The notes: generated by a model from the letters alone, not told the origin. A stretch of 64,000 bases of DNA from Anaerolineae bacterium (GCA_034422695.1 DAOUJM010000014.1:303482-367481); one strand, 5' to 3'; positions 1 through 11,406 are shown, counted from the stretch's first letter. Numbers and translations: made by a program.

Positions 1-1227
<1,227 letters not shown>

Positions 1228-1262
1228 GTGTGACCTGAGGACCGACAGGGGCAGGAGGTGCA

Positions 1263-1841
1263 ATGCTGACGCGTGAAGAGACCTGGGAACTGGTGACGAC
1301 CCATACGGCAAGTCCCTCGTTGCGGCGCCACATGCTGGCCGTCGAGGCGGCCATGCGCGCCTATGCGCCGCGCTTCGGGGGCGACCCGGAACTGTGGGGC
1401 GTCGTCGGTCTGCTGCATGATTTTGACTACGAGCAAAACCCGGACGTGGCGGTGGAAGGGCATCCGGTGGTGGGCTCGCGTATCCTGCGCGAGCGGGGCG
1501 TGGACGACGTTATCGTCCAGGCCATTCTCTCCCACGCCGAGGAGATCACCGGCGTCGCGCCGGAGAGCGACATGGAAAAGGCGCTGCTGGCCGTCGATGA
1601 GCTGACCGGGTTCCTGGTCGCCGTCACCCTGGTGCGCCCGTCCAAAAGCATTCACGACGTGAAGCTGCGCTCCGTGCGCCGCAAGTGGAAGGACCGGGCC
1701 TTCGCCGCGCCGGTCAATCGTCAGGAGATTGAACACGCCGCGGCCAACCTGGGCGTGCCGCTGGACGAGCACATCGGCATCGTGCTGGCGGCGATGCAGG
1801 GAGCGGCGGCAGCGCTTGGTCTGGAAGGCGAACGGTCCTGA
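1263..1841 (+). CDS. HD-domain metal-dependent phosphohydrolase (small single-domain type)
   Basis: HD motif in LLHDFDYE. About 190 aa, typical of stand-alone HD/HDIG proteins. Confidence 0.7.
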   Translation: MLTREETWELVTTHTASPSLRRHMLAVEAAMRAYAPRFGGDPELWGVVGLLHDFDYEQNPDVAVEGHPVVGSRILRERGVDDVIVQAILSHAEEITGVAPESDMEKALLAVDELTGFLVAVTLVRPSKSIHDVKLRSVRRKWKDRAFAAPVNRQEIEHAAANLGVPLDEHIGIVLAAMQGAAAALGLEGERS

Positions 1842-1866
1842 CTCACAGGTCTGCAGGAGAAGCAAC

Positions 1867-2913
1867 ATGATGACGCAGGAAGCGATGCTGGTCTTGCTGG
1901 AAGCGATGCTGCGAAGCCACGGGCCGGTTGGCGACGAGCGCGAGATCGATGCCCTGCTTATGCGCGAGTTTGCCGCGACGGGCGTCAGGACCTGGCAGGA
2001 TGGCATGAGCAACATTTACGCGCATCTTCCCGGCGACGGCCCGCGCGTGCTGGTGGTCGTGCACAAGGACGAACTGGGACTGATCGTTTCGCAGGTGCTG
2101 GATGACGGCAGCCTGAAGGCGCATGACCTGGGCATGTCACAGCCCTGGAAGTATGGCGAGGGGCCGATGGACATCATTGCCGACGACGGCTCCATGGTGC
2201 CGGCGGTGCTGTCCTTCGGGTCTACGCACACGCGCAGCGGCCCGGTCGGTGAGTTCCGCGCGGGAACGCGAACGCCCACCTGGGAGGACGTCACCCTGTT
2301 CACCGGGCTGGAGCGCGAGGCGCTGCTGCAGCGCGGCGTTCACATCGGCAGCCGCGGCGTCGTCTCGCATGAGCGCAAGGCCCTGAAACGCCTGCCCGGC
2401 AACCACGTGGGCGGCTTCGGCCTTGATGACCGCGTGTGCATGGTCAGCCTGATTGACGCGCTGCAGCAGTGCGCGCAGGAGCCGCCGGGGCTGGACCTGT
2501 ATTTTGTGGCGTCCACCGCGGAAGAGAGCGGCTACCTGGGCGCCATCCGCGCGGGCCAGGTGCTGCGGCCGGAAATTATCGTCGCGCTGGACATTTCGCC
2601 GCTTTCACCGGACACGCCGACGGCATTCGACACGCGGCCGGTTATCTGGTACACGGAGGCGGAGGGCTCCTACAGCAGCAAGCCGGATTGCGACACCCTG
2701 CTGCGGCTGGCCGGTGAACTGGGTTTCGGCGCCCAGCCCATCGTGTATACGCACCTCGCGTCGGATGCCGGCGGCATGCAACGCATCGGCCTGGCCGCGC
2801 GCACGCTGGCCTTTGGCCCGGCCATCCTCAACTCCCATGGTTTCGAGATCGTGAAAGTGGAAGCGATCGCCCACGTGACCCAATTGCTGGTGGCCTACCT
2901 GCGTCAGCTATGA
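1867..2913 (+). CDS. M42 family (TET/FrvX/CelM-like) metallo-aminopeptidase, paralog 1
   Basis: Motifs at M42 metal/catalytic positions: HKDELG, LDDRV, AEESGYLGA, VALDIS, NSHGFE. ATG at 1867 follows a GGAGA RBS. The ORF-track start at 1729 overlaps the HD gene and is rejected. Confidence 0.85.
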   Translation: MMTQEAMLVLLEAMLRSHGPVGDEREIDALLMREFAATGVRTWQDGMSNIYAHLPGDGPRVLVVVHKDELGLIVSQVLDDGSLKAHDLGMSQPWKYGEGPMDIIADDGSMVPAVLSFGSTHTRSGPVGEFRAGTRTPTWEDVTLFTGLEREALLQRGVHIGSRGVVSHERKALKRLPGNHVGGFGLDDRVCMVSLIDALQQCAQEPPGLDLYFVASTAEESGYLGAIRAGQVLRPEIIVALDISPLSPDTPTAFDTRPVIWYTEAEGSYSSKPDCDTLLRLAGELGFGAQPIVYTHLASDAGGMQRIGLAARTLAFGPAILNSHGFEIVKVEAIAHVTQLLVAYLRQL

Positions 2914-2973
2914 GCCGGCCGGGCAGGATGGTGACTCGTTCCATTGCGGAAGTTCCCGGAAGGAGAAAAAGAC

Positions 2974-4020
2974 ATGATGACACAGGGTGAAATGCTGGTT
3001 TTGCTGGACGAAATGTTGCGCAGTCACGGGCCCATTGGCGACGAACGCGAAATTGACGCCGTGCTGTTGCGGGAATTCGGGGCGACCGGCACGAAGACCT
3101 GGCAGGACGGCATGAGCAATATCTACGCGCATCAGCCGGGCGACGGGCCGCGGGTACTGGTGATCGTGCACAAGGACGAGCTGGGCCTGATCGTCTCCGA
3201 CGTGGCGCAAGACGGCGTATTGCGCGTGAAACCGCTGGGTGGGCCGCGGCCCTGGAAGTATGGCGAAGGCCCCATCGACGTCATCGCCGACGACGGCACG
3301 ATCGTGCCGTCGATTCTGTCTTTTGGGTCGACGCATACCCGCAGCGGTTCAGTCGGTGAATTCCGGGCGGGCACGCGGACGCCGGACTGGGACGACGTCA
3401 CCCTGTTCACCGGCCAGTCGCGCGCTGCCTTGCTGGAGCAGGGCGTTCACATCGGCAGCCGCGCCATCATTGCCCACGAACGCAAGCCCCTGATGCGCCT
3501 GCCCGGCGGCCACGTGGCCGGCTTTGGCCTGGACGACCGCGTCTGCATGGTGAGCCTGATAGACGCCATGCGGCAGACCGCGAATGAACCCACCGGGCTG
3601 GACCTGTACTACGCGGCGTCCAGCGCCGAAGAGACCGGCTATCTGGGCGCCATCCGCGTGGGCCAGGTGGTGCAGCCGGAAATCATCATTGCGCTGGATA
3701 TCTCGCCGCTCTCGCCGGACACGCCGACCGAGTTCGACGCGCGCCCGGTCATCTGGTACACGGAGGCGGCGGGCGCCTACAGCACCAAGACCGACTGTGA
3801 CACGCTGATGCGCCTGGGTCATGAACTGGGCATGGGCGCCCAGGGCATCGTGTTTTCCTGGCTCGCTTCGGACGCCGGCGGCATGCAAAAGATCGGCCTG
3901 GCCGCGCGCACGATGGCCTTTGGCCCGGCCATCCTCAATTCCCACGGCTATGAGATCACGAAAGCGGCAGCGATCGGCAACGTGACCCAACTGCTGGTGG
4001 CCTTCCTGCGCCAGCTATAG
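2974..4020 (+). CDS. M42 family metallo-aminopeptidase, paralog 2
   Basis: Same motif set (HKDELG, LDDRV, AEETGYLGA, IALDIS, NSHGYE). AGGAGA RBS lies upstream of the ATG at 2974. Confidence 0.85.
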   Translation: MMTQGEMLVLLDEMLRSHGPIGDEREIDAVLLREFGATGTKTWQDGMSNIYAHQPGDGPRVLVIVHKDELGLIVSDVAQDGVLRVKPLGGPRPWKYGEGPIDVIADDGTIVPSILSFGSTHTRSGSVGEFRAGTRTPDWDDVTLFTGQSRAALLEQGVHIGSRAIIAHERKPLMRLPGGHVAGFGLDDRVCMVSLIDAMRQTANEPTGLDLYYAASSAEETGYLGAIRVGQVVQPEIIIALDISPLSPDTPTEFDARPVIWYTEAAGAYSTKTDCDTLMRLGHELGMGAQGIVFSWLASDAGGMQKIGLAARTMAFGPAILNSHGYEITKAAAIGNVTQLLVAFLRQL

Positions 4021-4170
4021 GCAGGGACGGCCACGGCTCAGGTTCACAGCGCCACGATGCTGTCCAATGTCTGGCCGTGCAAATGCCGTCTGTTTGGGAG
4101 CCGGGCCGGCCTTGTGCAGTGGCACATGATAAACGGGCAGGTCTGACCGACTGAAAGAAGGCGGGACGGG

Positions 4171-5214
4171 ATGGAACTCAACAGGGACGAGATGTTGACG
4201 CTGCTGGCCGAAATGCTGGCCAGTCACGGCCCGATCGGCGACGAACGCGAAATCGATGCCGTCGTGCTGCGCGAGTTTCGCGCCACCGGCGCGCGCACCT
4301 GGCAGGACGGCATGAGCAACATTTACGCGCACGTACCCGGCGAGGGGCCGCGGGTGATGGTCGCCGCGCACAAGGACGAGTTGGGGCTGATCGTCACGCA
4401 TATTGAGGACGATGGCTGTCTGCGTGTGAAACCACTGGGCGGCCCCTGGCCCTGGAAGTACGGCGAAGGCCCGCTGGACGTCATCGCCGACAGCGGCGAA
4501 ATCGTCAGCGCCATCCTGTCATTCGGGTCGACGCATACCCGCAGCGGCCCTGTCGGCGAATTCCGGGCGGGCACGCGGACGCCCGCCTGGAATGACGTCA
4601 GGTTGTTCACCGGGCTGCTGCCGGAAGCGCTGTCGCGAAAGGGCGTGCACATCGGCAGCCGCGCGGTCATCGCCCGTTCACGCAAACGCCTGAAATATCT
4701 GCCCAATAATCACGTCGCCGGCTTCGCCTTCGACGACCGCATGGGGCTGACGGGGCTGGTGTTTGCCTTGCGGCAACTGGTGCAACAGCCGGCCTCCGCC
4801 GATTTGTACATGGTGGCGACCACCGCCGAGGAAACCGGCTATCTCGGCGCCAGGCGCGCGGCCCAGGTGTTAAGGCCGGACATTGTCCTTGCGCTGGATA
4901 CGGGCGCGATAACGCCGGATACGCCGACCACGCTGGATGCGCGACCCGTCGTCTGGTACGACGAGGATTCGCCCAACACCTTGTCCGATTGCAACACCCT
5001 GGTGCGCCTGGCGGAGGAACTGGGCTTCGGCGCGCAGCCGGTCGTCTACGAATACGCGGGCTCGGACGCCGGCGGGGTGCGCCGCGTGGGCCTCGCGGAC
5101 CGCACGGTGGCGCTCGGTTTCCCGCGTCTCAATTCCCACGGCTACGAAATCGCGCAGGCGGACGTGCTGGTGAACGGGACCAACCTGCTGCTGGCGTATC
5201 TGCGACAACTGTAA
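4171..5214 (+). CDS. M42 family metallo-aminopeptidase, paralog 3
   Basis: HKDELG, FDDRMG, AEETGYLGA, LALDTG, NSHGYE. Collinear with paralogs 1 and 2. Confidence 0.85.
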   Translation: MELNRDEMLTLLAEMLASHGPIGDEREIDAVVLREFRATGARTWQDGMSNIYAHVPGEGPRVMVAAHKDELGLIVTHIEDDGCLRVKPLGGPWPWKYGEGPLDVIADSGEIVSAILSFGSTHTRSGPVGEFRAGTRTPAWNDVRLFTGLLPEALSRKGVHIGSRAVIARSRKRLKYLPNNHVAGFAFDDRMGLTGLVFALRQLVQQPASADLYMVATTAEETGYLGARRAAQVLRPDIVLALDTGAITPDTPTTLDARPVVWYDEDSPNTLSDCNTLVRLAEELGFGAQPVVYEYAGSDAGGVRRVGLADRTVALGFPRLNSHGYEIAQADVLVNGTNLLLAYLRQL

Positions 5215-5302
5215 ACCCTTGCGCTAACATGCCGCTACCAGCCACGTCGCCGTTGCCGGCGGGCGCAACGGCGACGTTTCAATTGCCATGAGGAGACCGG
5301 AC

Positions 5303-6340
5303 ATGAATCAGGAAGAAATGCTGCAACTTCTGGATGAGTTGATCACGGCCCACGGCCCCATCGGCGACGAACGCGAGGTCGAGGCAGTCATCCTGCGCGA
5401 GTTTGAGGCCACCGGCGTCCGGGTCTGGCAGGACGGCATGAGCAACATCACGGCGCAGGTCCCGGGCGACGGGCCGAAGGTGCTGATCGCCGCGCACAAG
5501 GACGAGCTGGGGATGATCATCACGCACATGGCGGATGACGGAGTCCTGAAGGTCGCGCCGCTTGGCGGGCCCTGGCCCTGGAAGTACGGTGAAGGGCCGC
5601 TGGATATCATCGCCACCGACGGCACGATCGTGCCGGGCGTCCTGTCCTATGGTGCCACGCACACGCGCAGCGGCCCGGTCGGTGAATATCGCAAGGGCAC
5701 GCGCACGCCCGCCTGGGAAGACGTCACGGTCTTCACCGGTATGTCGCGGGACGAATTGCGCGCGGCCGGCGTGCGCATTGGCAGCCGGGCGGTGGTCGCC
5801 CGCAGCCGCAAGAGCCTGCTGCGCCTCGCCAACAATCACATCGGCGGTTTCGCCTTTGACAACCGGATCGGCGTGCTCATCGTCATCGATGCGCTGCGGC
5901 AACTGGCCAAAGATCCGGCGCCTGGCGCGGACATTTATATCTCGGCGCCTACCGCCGAGGAGACCGGCTATCTGGGCGCCATTCGCGTGGCCCAGCTGCT
6001 GCAGCCGGAAATCGTCATCGCCATCGATACCTCGCCCCTGACCCCCGATACGCCGACGGAGTTCGATACCCGTCCGGTGATCTGGGTGGGCGAGCCCGGC
6101 AACAGCCGGCCCGATTGCGACACGCTGATACGTCTGGCCGATGAACTGGGCTTTGGCTCGCAGCAGGTCGTCTATCCCTTCGCCGGGTCGGACGCGGGCG
6201 GCATCCAGCGCATCGGGCTGGCGGCGCGCACGATGGGCTTCGGGCCCGCCTACATCAACTCCCATGGTTACGAAGTCACGAAGGCGGAGTCTTTGGGCAA
6301 CGTGACCCGGTTGCTACTCGCCTATTTGCGCCAGCTTTAG
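5303..6340 (+). CDS. M42 family metallo-aminopeptidase, paralog 4
   Basis: HKDELG, FDNRIG, AEETGYLGA, IAIDTS, NSHGYE. GAGGAG RBS lies upstream of the ATG at 5303. Confidence 0.85.
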   Translation: MNQEEMLQLLDELITAHGPIGDEREVEAVILREFEATGVRVWQDGMSNITAQVPGDGPKVLIAAHKDELGMIITHMADDGVLKVAPLGGPWPWKYGEGPLDIIATDGTIVPGVLSYGATHTRSGPVGEYRKGTRTPAWEDVTVFTGMSRDELRAAGVRIGSRAVVARSRKSLLRLANNHIGGFAFDNRIGVLIVIDALRQLAKDPAPGADIYISAPTAEETGYLGAIRVAQLLQPEIVIAIDTSPLTPDTPTEFDTRPVIWVGEPGNSRPDCDTLIRLADELGFGSQQVVYPFAGSDAGGIQRIGLAARTMGFGPAYINSHGYEVTKAESLGNVTRLLLAYLRQL

Positions 6341-6347
6341 GGCTGGC

Positions 6348-7523
6348 TCAGAGTTGCGGCGCGACCCTGGCCAGGCGCTCGGCCGAACGCTCCAGGTCAT
6401 CCATCGCCGTCGCGATGGAGAATCGGATATGCCCTTCGCCGGTGCTGCCAAAGGCGATGCCTGGCGTGCCGGCGATCCCGGCTTCCTCGATCAAAAACTC
6501 CGCCATTTCAAGGCTGTCCCTGTCGCTGCCGGGAAAGGACGGGAAGAGGTAGAAAGCGCCCTCAATGTTTCTGCAGTGCACACCATCGATATTGTTCAGG
6601 GCCTCGATCATGAAGTCCCGGCGTCCGGCATAGGAGGCGCACATTTCCGCGACGCAGTCCTGCGGCCCGTTGAGGGCGGCGGCAGTGGCGTGCATACTGA
6701 AACTGGCGGCCATCGACACGGTCTGGCTGCTGAGTTTGCCGGCCAGAGCGATGATCGGCGGCGGAGCGACGAGCCAGCCCATGCGCCAGCCGGTCATGGC
6801 GTAGGCCTTGGACGCGCCGTTGATCGTCAGGGTACGTTCCGCCATGCCTGGCAGGGCCGACAGCGAGATATTGCGCCGGCCGTCGTAAATCAGATGCTCG
6901 TAGATCTCGTCGGCGAGGACGTAGAGATCGTGCTCCAGCGCCACTTCGACGACGGCGTCCGCCTCTTCTCTGGTCATCACCCGTCCGGTGGGATTGTTGG
7001 GCGAGTTGACCATCAGGGCCTTGCTCCTGTCCGTCACAGAGGCCCGTATGGCGTCAGCCGTGATGGCGTAGTTATCCGCCGGCGTCAGGCTAACCGGGAC
7101 CGGTGTGCCGCCACTGAGCGTAATCATGGGCGGGTAGGATGCCCAGCAGGGCTCAAGATAGAGGATTTCGTCTCCGGGGTTGGTAACCGCGGACAGCGCC
7201 AGGTGAATGGCCCACTTGGCGCCCGGCGTGATGATGATCTGGCTCAGGGGGTCGACCTCGACGCCGTTGTCCCGCGCCATTTTGGCGGCGATCGCCGTCA
7301 AGGCTACCGGAAAACCCTTGGCGGGCGGGTAATGGGTCGCACCGTCCTCAATGGCGGCAAAGGCCGCAGCCACGATGTGGTCGGGCGTGGCAAAGTCGGG
7401 ATCGCCGCCTCCCAACCCGATCACGTCCTTGCCGGCGGCCCTCATTTGCCGCGCCTTTTCCGACACGGCCATGGTCGCCGACCCGGGCACGTCACCCAGC
7501 AAACGTGACAATTCCCTGGGCAT
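6348..7523 (-). CDS. Class I/II PLP-dependent aminotransferase (aspartate aminotransferase-like)
   Basis: SKAYAMTGWRMGW PLP-lysine context and NSPNNPTG motif. Start moved to the ATG at 7523, which follows GGAGG. Confidence 0.85.
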   Translation of the reverse strand: MPRELSRLLGDVPGSATMAVSEKARQMRAAGKDVIGLGGGDPDFATPDHIVAAAFAAIEDGATHYPPAKGFPVALTAIAAKMARDNGVEVDPLSQIIITPGAKWAIHLALSAVTNPGDEILYLEPCWASYPPMITLSGGTPVPVSLTPADNYAITADAIRASVTDRSKALMVNSPNNPTGRVMTREEADAVVEVALEHDLYVLADEIYEHLIYDGRRNISLSALPGMAERTLTINGASKAYAMTGWRMGWLVAPPPIIALAGKLSSQTVSMAASFSMHATAAALNGPQDCVAEMCASYAGRRDFMIEALNNIDGVHCRNIEGAFYLFPSFPGSDRDSLEMAEFLIEEAGIAGTPGIAFGSTGEGHIRFSIATAMDDLERSAERLARVAPQL

Positions 7524-7739
7524 GATGACCTCCTCACCTGCGCGCAATCTCCGCTGGCATTGTACAGAAAAAAGTGCGGTCGGCAACAGGCCCGGGTGAC
7601 CGGAAAAGCGCGCGTTAAACTTTCTGTCGCCGGCCTGAAGACAATGCCACACCATGCGTGCTGTCCGCAGGGCGGCATGGCGCCGCTTGCAGTATTCCTG
7701 TACACTGGCGCTGTAAGTCCGGTTCAGGGAGGACTCTCA

Positions 7740-9842
7740 ATGTCGGGACAACGGTATCGGGCACTGTTGTTGCTGATGGTCTTCGCGATGCTTGCCGGCG
7801 CTGCCAGCCTGGGGGCGCAGCAATCGCGCGAACTGGTTCCCGCCGAGGCGAGAACCGGCACCCTGTCAGCGGACCAGGTGGCCCAGGTGTATACCTTCAC
7901 CGCCGCGGCCAACGATCAGGTGAGCCTGCTGGCCGTGGCCGGCAACGGCGCCGGCCTGACGACCCTGTTGACGGATGCCGCCGGCCAAATGATCGCCCAG
8001 GCCTCCGGCGCCGCCATGGACGGCCTGGTGCTGCAGGACGCAGGGACCTATTACGTGACGGTGCTCGCATCGGCCGGTCTGCCCGGGACCGGCTCGCTGG
8101 ATTTCAGCCTGACCCTTGATCTGCTGCCCGCGCCGGTTGAGGCAGTGGTTGCGGCGGACGATGAAACGCCGGTGTTTGCGCCCGGTGAATTGCTGACGCT
8201 GAGCGGCCTGCAGTTCCAGTTGCAGTGGGAGTCGCTGGCCAACCTGGACCTGGAAGTGCGCGATCCGGTTGGCGGCAGCGTGTACTTTTCCCGTCCGGCA
8301 GCGCCGAGCGGCGGTGTTTTCGGCGAAAACATGAACAGCATCTGCGAAACCCGCAGCAGCGCCCTGCCCACCGAGGTGATCAACTGGTCCGGCGGCACGC
8401 TGCCAACCGGCAGTTATGAAATCCTGGTCTACAACCAGCAGCTGGGCGATTGCCCCACGCGCGAAGCGGCGGACTTCCGGGTTGACGTGCGACTGGATGA
8501 GCGCAGCGCCCCGACGCTGGTGGGTAGCCTGGCGCCAGGCGAGACCTGGGTCGGCAGCGTTCACGTTGACGCGGCCGGTATGTTGCGTACCGGTGCGGCG
8601 GATGTTGCCGGCGACGAGACCCTGCCTCCGGCCGGGCTTGAGGAACAAATGCAACAGGCCATTCCGCTGCAGCTCAACGCGCTGCAAACCGGCCTGTTGA
8701 CCTCTGCGGATTTCCTTGACGTTTACAGCTTCGAGGGCAGCGCCAACGAGGTCATCAGCATCAACCTTTCGGCAACCAGTGGCAGCCTGGATACCTTGCT
8801 GCAGTTGCTGGAGAGCGATGGTGACGTGCTGGCTGCAAATGACGATCTCGCGGACGGTTCCTCAACTGATTCCGAAATCGTGGATTTTCGGCTCCTGGCG
8901 GATGGCGAATACCGAATTGTGGCGACCCGCTACGGCATGGAACCGGGCGGCACTGAAGGGCATTATGAAATTCTGCTTTCCGGGACGGAAGGTGAGCCGC
9001 TTCCTGACAGTGTGACGGCTGATCTTCCCCGCGGTGATCTGGCGATCGCCCTGACGTGGAACAGCAATGCAGATTTGCAATTGCTGGTGCGCGACCCCGC
9101 CGGCAACTCCGTCTTCGATGACACGCCCCAGGTTGCCAGCGGCGGCCGTCTGGCGGCGGCCGGCAACGTCGGTTGCAGTGGCACCGGCGGGACTCCGCTT
9201 TCCTACGTGTACTGGCCTGAGGGAACCTTGACCGCCGGGCTTTACGAAGTGGAAGTCTGGTACCAGAACCTCTGCAACGACGTCGCGCCGGTGGCCTTCG
9301 CCCTGAACGTCTTCGCCGATGGCGAGCCGGTTTTCTCGGACCTGGTGCGCCCGGTGGCCAGCCAGGTCTACGTCACCAGCTTTATCGTCGGCGTGGACCG
9401 GCAGGTCCAGACCGGTGAAGGAGGCTTCGTGGGAATTCGCGGCCCTGGCCTGGAGACCCTGAGTCTCTCCTCGCTTGACTACCGTTCGGAGATGGACAGT
9501 GCGCCGCTGTTGAACAGCGGCGAACGGGTCAGCGGCAGCATCACCAACGAGGACAACTTCGATCTCTACGCCTTTGAGGGCCAGGCCGGCGAGGTCATCA
9601 CGGTCAGCATGGTGGCCAGCGCCGGTCGACTGGACAGCGTGCTGGCGCTGCTGGATGCACAGGGCTTCCGCCTTGCGGACAACGATGACGCCGTCGTCGG
9701 TGAAAACACGGATTCGCTGATTGCCGGGCACGTGTTGCCGCAAGACGGGCGCTATTTCATCCTCGCCACGCATTACGGCCTGGGGTACGGTGGGACCACC
9801 GGAACCTATGAATTGTTGTACTCGCGCTTGAACGCAGGTTAG
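7740..9842 (+). CDS. Secreted repeat protein: three PPC-like (pre-peptidase C-terminal type) modules alternating with two LxWxxxxDLxLxVRDPxG modules; no catalytic domain recognised
   Basis: Signal peptide MSGQRYRALLLLMVFAMLAGAASLGAQQ after a GGGAGGA RBS. Repeated modules include DVYSFEGSANEVISINL...NDD...DGEYRIVATRY and NFDLYAFEGQAGEVITVSM...NDD...DGRYFILATHY. Confidence 0.6.
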   Translation: MSGQRYRALLLLMVFAMLAGAASLGAQQSRELVPAEARTGTLSADQVAQVYTFTAAANDQVSLLAVAGNGAGLTTLLTDAAGQMIAQASGAAMDGLVLQDAGTYYVTVLASAGLPGTGSLDFSLTLDLLPAPVEAVVAADDETPVFAPGELLTLSGLQFQLQWESLANLDLEVRDPVGGSVYFSRPAAPSGGVFGENMNSICETRSSALPTEVINWSGGTLPTGSYEILVYNQQLGDCPTREAADFRVDVRLDERSAPTLVGSLAPGETWVGSVHVDAAGMLRTGAADVAGDETLPPAGLEEQMQQAIPLQLNALQTGLLTSADFLDVYSFEGSANEVISINLSATSGSLDTLLQLLESDGDVLAANDDLADGSSTDSEIVDFRLLADGEYRIVATRYGMEPGGTEGHYEILLSGTEGEPLPDSVTADLPRGDLAIALTWNSNADLQLLVRDPAGNSVFDDTPQVASGGRLAAAGNVGCSGTGGTPLSYVYWPEGTLTAGLYEVEVWYQNLCNDVAPVAFALNVFADGEPVFSDLVRPVASQVYVTSFIVGVDRQVQTGEGGFVGIRGPGLETLSLSSLDYRSEMDSAPLLNSGERVSGSITNEDNFDLYAFEGQAGEVITVSMVASAGRLDSVLALLDAQGFRLADNDDAVVGENTDSLIAGHVLPQDGRYFILATHYGLGYGGTTGTYELLYSRLNAG

Positions 9843-9976
9843 GTTGCGCTACAATATCGGCTCGTTTGAGCGCCGGACACTGAGATGACAGGGTCGCCAG
9901 GCAAGCCGGCCAGGATACGGCAAGCCGTCCCTGGTGCGTGCAAGGGAGAGAGCGTCATTAGCGGTTTCACGTCGAC

Positions 9977-10651
9977 ATGACCCGAGCGTCATTACCCCTG
10001 ATTGCCCTGCTGCTTCTGCTCGTTGCCTGTACGCCGGCGACGGTCCTGCGCGATGACAACCTGCTGCGCGATGACAGCCTGCTGACGGGGGAGCCCTGTG
10101 CCGCCCCCTGTTTTCGCGGCATCACCCCTGGAGAGACCTCCTGGGCCGATGCCCTGACCATCATTGAAGACGATCCGGAATTCGAAAACATTCAGACGCA
10201 GGGCCCTGAAGAAGGCGGCACCGTGATCCAGGTCTCCTGGCAACAGGGGCCGGATTCCCCCGACTGCTGCCGGATGGTTACCGAAGACAGCGAAACAGTG
10301 GCGCTGATTTTCCTGCAAACGGCGCCGCTTCACAGCCTGGCGGACCTGATTGAGGCGCATGGCGATCCGGACTGGTTGACTGGCCAGGATTTCCCGGATG
10401 AGCAGGCGGTCATGAGTCTGGTGTATCCGGACGCGTCGATGATCGTCTATGCCTTTGTCGAAGGCGCCGAAGACGGCGTGCTGGATGCGGGCAGCGAACT
10501 CGTGGGAACGCTGTATCTTGCAGCAGAGTCGATGGAACTGCTGCTGCAGACGACCGAACTGCACAAGTGGGAGGGTTACGGCAGCTACCGGAGTTACATG
10601 GAGGGGGAACTGGAGATCACCCCCAGTGTAACCCTGACGCCGACACCCTGA
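9977..10651 (+). CDS. Putative lipoprotein, function unknown
   Basis: N-terminus MTRASLPLIALLLLLVAC is a signal peptide with a lipobox-like LVAC. No other recognisable domain. Confidence 0.55.
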   Translation: MTRASLPLIALLLLLVACTPATVLRDDNLLRDDSLLTGEPCAAPCFRGITPGETSWADALTIIEDDPEFENIQTQGPEEGGTVIQVSWQQGPDSPDCCRMVTEDSETVALIFLQTAPLHSLADLIEAHGDPDWLTGQDFPDEQAVMSLVYPDASMIVYAFVEGAEDGVLDAGSELVGTLYLAAESMELLLQTTELHKWEGYGSYRSYMEGELEITPSVTLTPTP

Positions 10652-10679
10652 GTGGCATATTCAGCAGGGAGAGCATCGC

Positions 10680-11384
10680 ATGAACGGAGAAACGGTGGCC
10701 CCGGTTTCGATCGAGGCCCTGACACCGGGGATACAGGTTCACGGGACGGTCAGGCGCCTGGAGTTGTTTGGCGCCTTCGTGGACATCGGCGCGGGACGTG
10801 ACGCCCTGTTGCACATATCCCAGCTGAACCGGCCCAACGTACGCAACGTGGAAGACGTCGTCCAGGTCGGGCAGGAAATCGACGTCTACGTGCTGAAGGT
10901 GGATGCAGCGGCCGGGCGCATCGCCCTTTCCATGACGAAACCGGCCGCCGTCAACTGGGATGACTTGCGGGAAGGCGCCAGCGTTCGCGGCAAGATTGTG
11001 CGCATCGAATCCTATGGCGTCTTTGTGGACATCGGCGCCGAACGACCTGGCATGGTCCATGTCTCCGAACTGACCAACGGCTTCGTCCGTTCTCCTTCCG
11101 ACGTCGTCAGCATCGGCGATGAAGTAGAGGCGCGTGTTCTCAAGGTCAACCGGGGCAAACGGCAGATCGACCTTTCCATGAAGCCTGACGAGGAAGCGGC
11201 GAGTACGGTCGAGCTCGATGATGAGGACGAGGAAGAGATGCCGACGGCGATGGAACTGGCCTTGCGGCGCGCCATGGAGCGAAGCGCCGGCGACGGTTCG
11301 GCCCGACGCACGAAATCGCGCAAACAGCAGCGTCGCCAGCAGGAAGACATCATCGCGCGCACCCTGCGCGAACACCAGACCTGA
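10680..11384 (+). CDS. S1 RNA-binding domain protein (two S1 modules, charged C-terminal tail)
   Basis: Two repeats of the pattern GxVxxxxxFGAFVDIG...HxSxL, followed by an acidic then a basic tail. Confidence 0.8.
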   Translation: MNGETVAPVSIEALTPGIQVHGTVRRLELFGAFVDIGAGRDALLHISQLNRPNVRNVEDVVQVGQEIDVYVLKVDAAAGRIALSMTKPAAVNWDDLREGASVRGKIVRIESYGVFVDIGAERPGMVHVSELTNGFVRSPSDVVSIGDEVEARVLKVNRGKRQIDLSMKPDEEAASTVELDDEDEEEMPTAMELALRRAMERSAGDGSARRTKSRKQQRRQQEDIIARTLREHQT

Positions 11385-11406
11385 GGCACAGGACGCCAGC
11401 GCGCGT

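Noticed and set aside
1729-1866. Long N-terminal extensions offered by the ORF track (e.g. 1729, 2944, 5288, 7560, 27598, 32804, 36149, 48164, 50383, 57976, 57831 starts)
   Set aside because: The extensions overlap upstream genes or repeats, lack family similarity, and have Arg/Pro/Cys/Trp-rich composition. Internal starts with good SD sequences give normal protein lengths.
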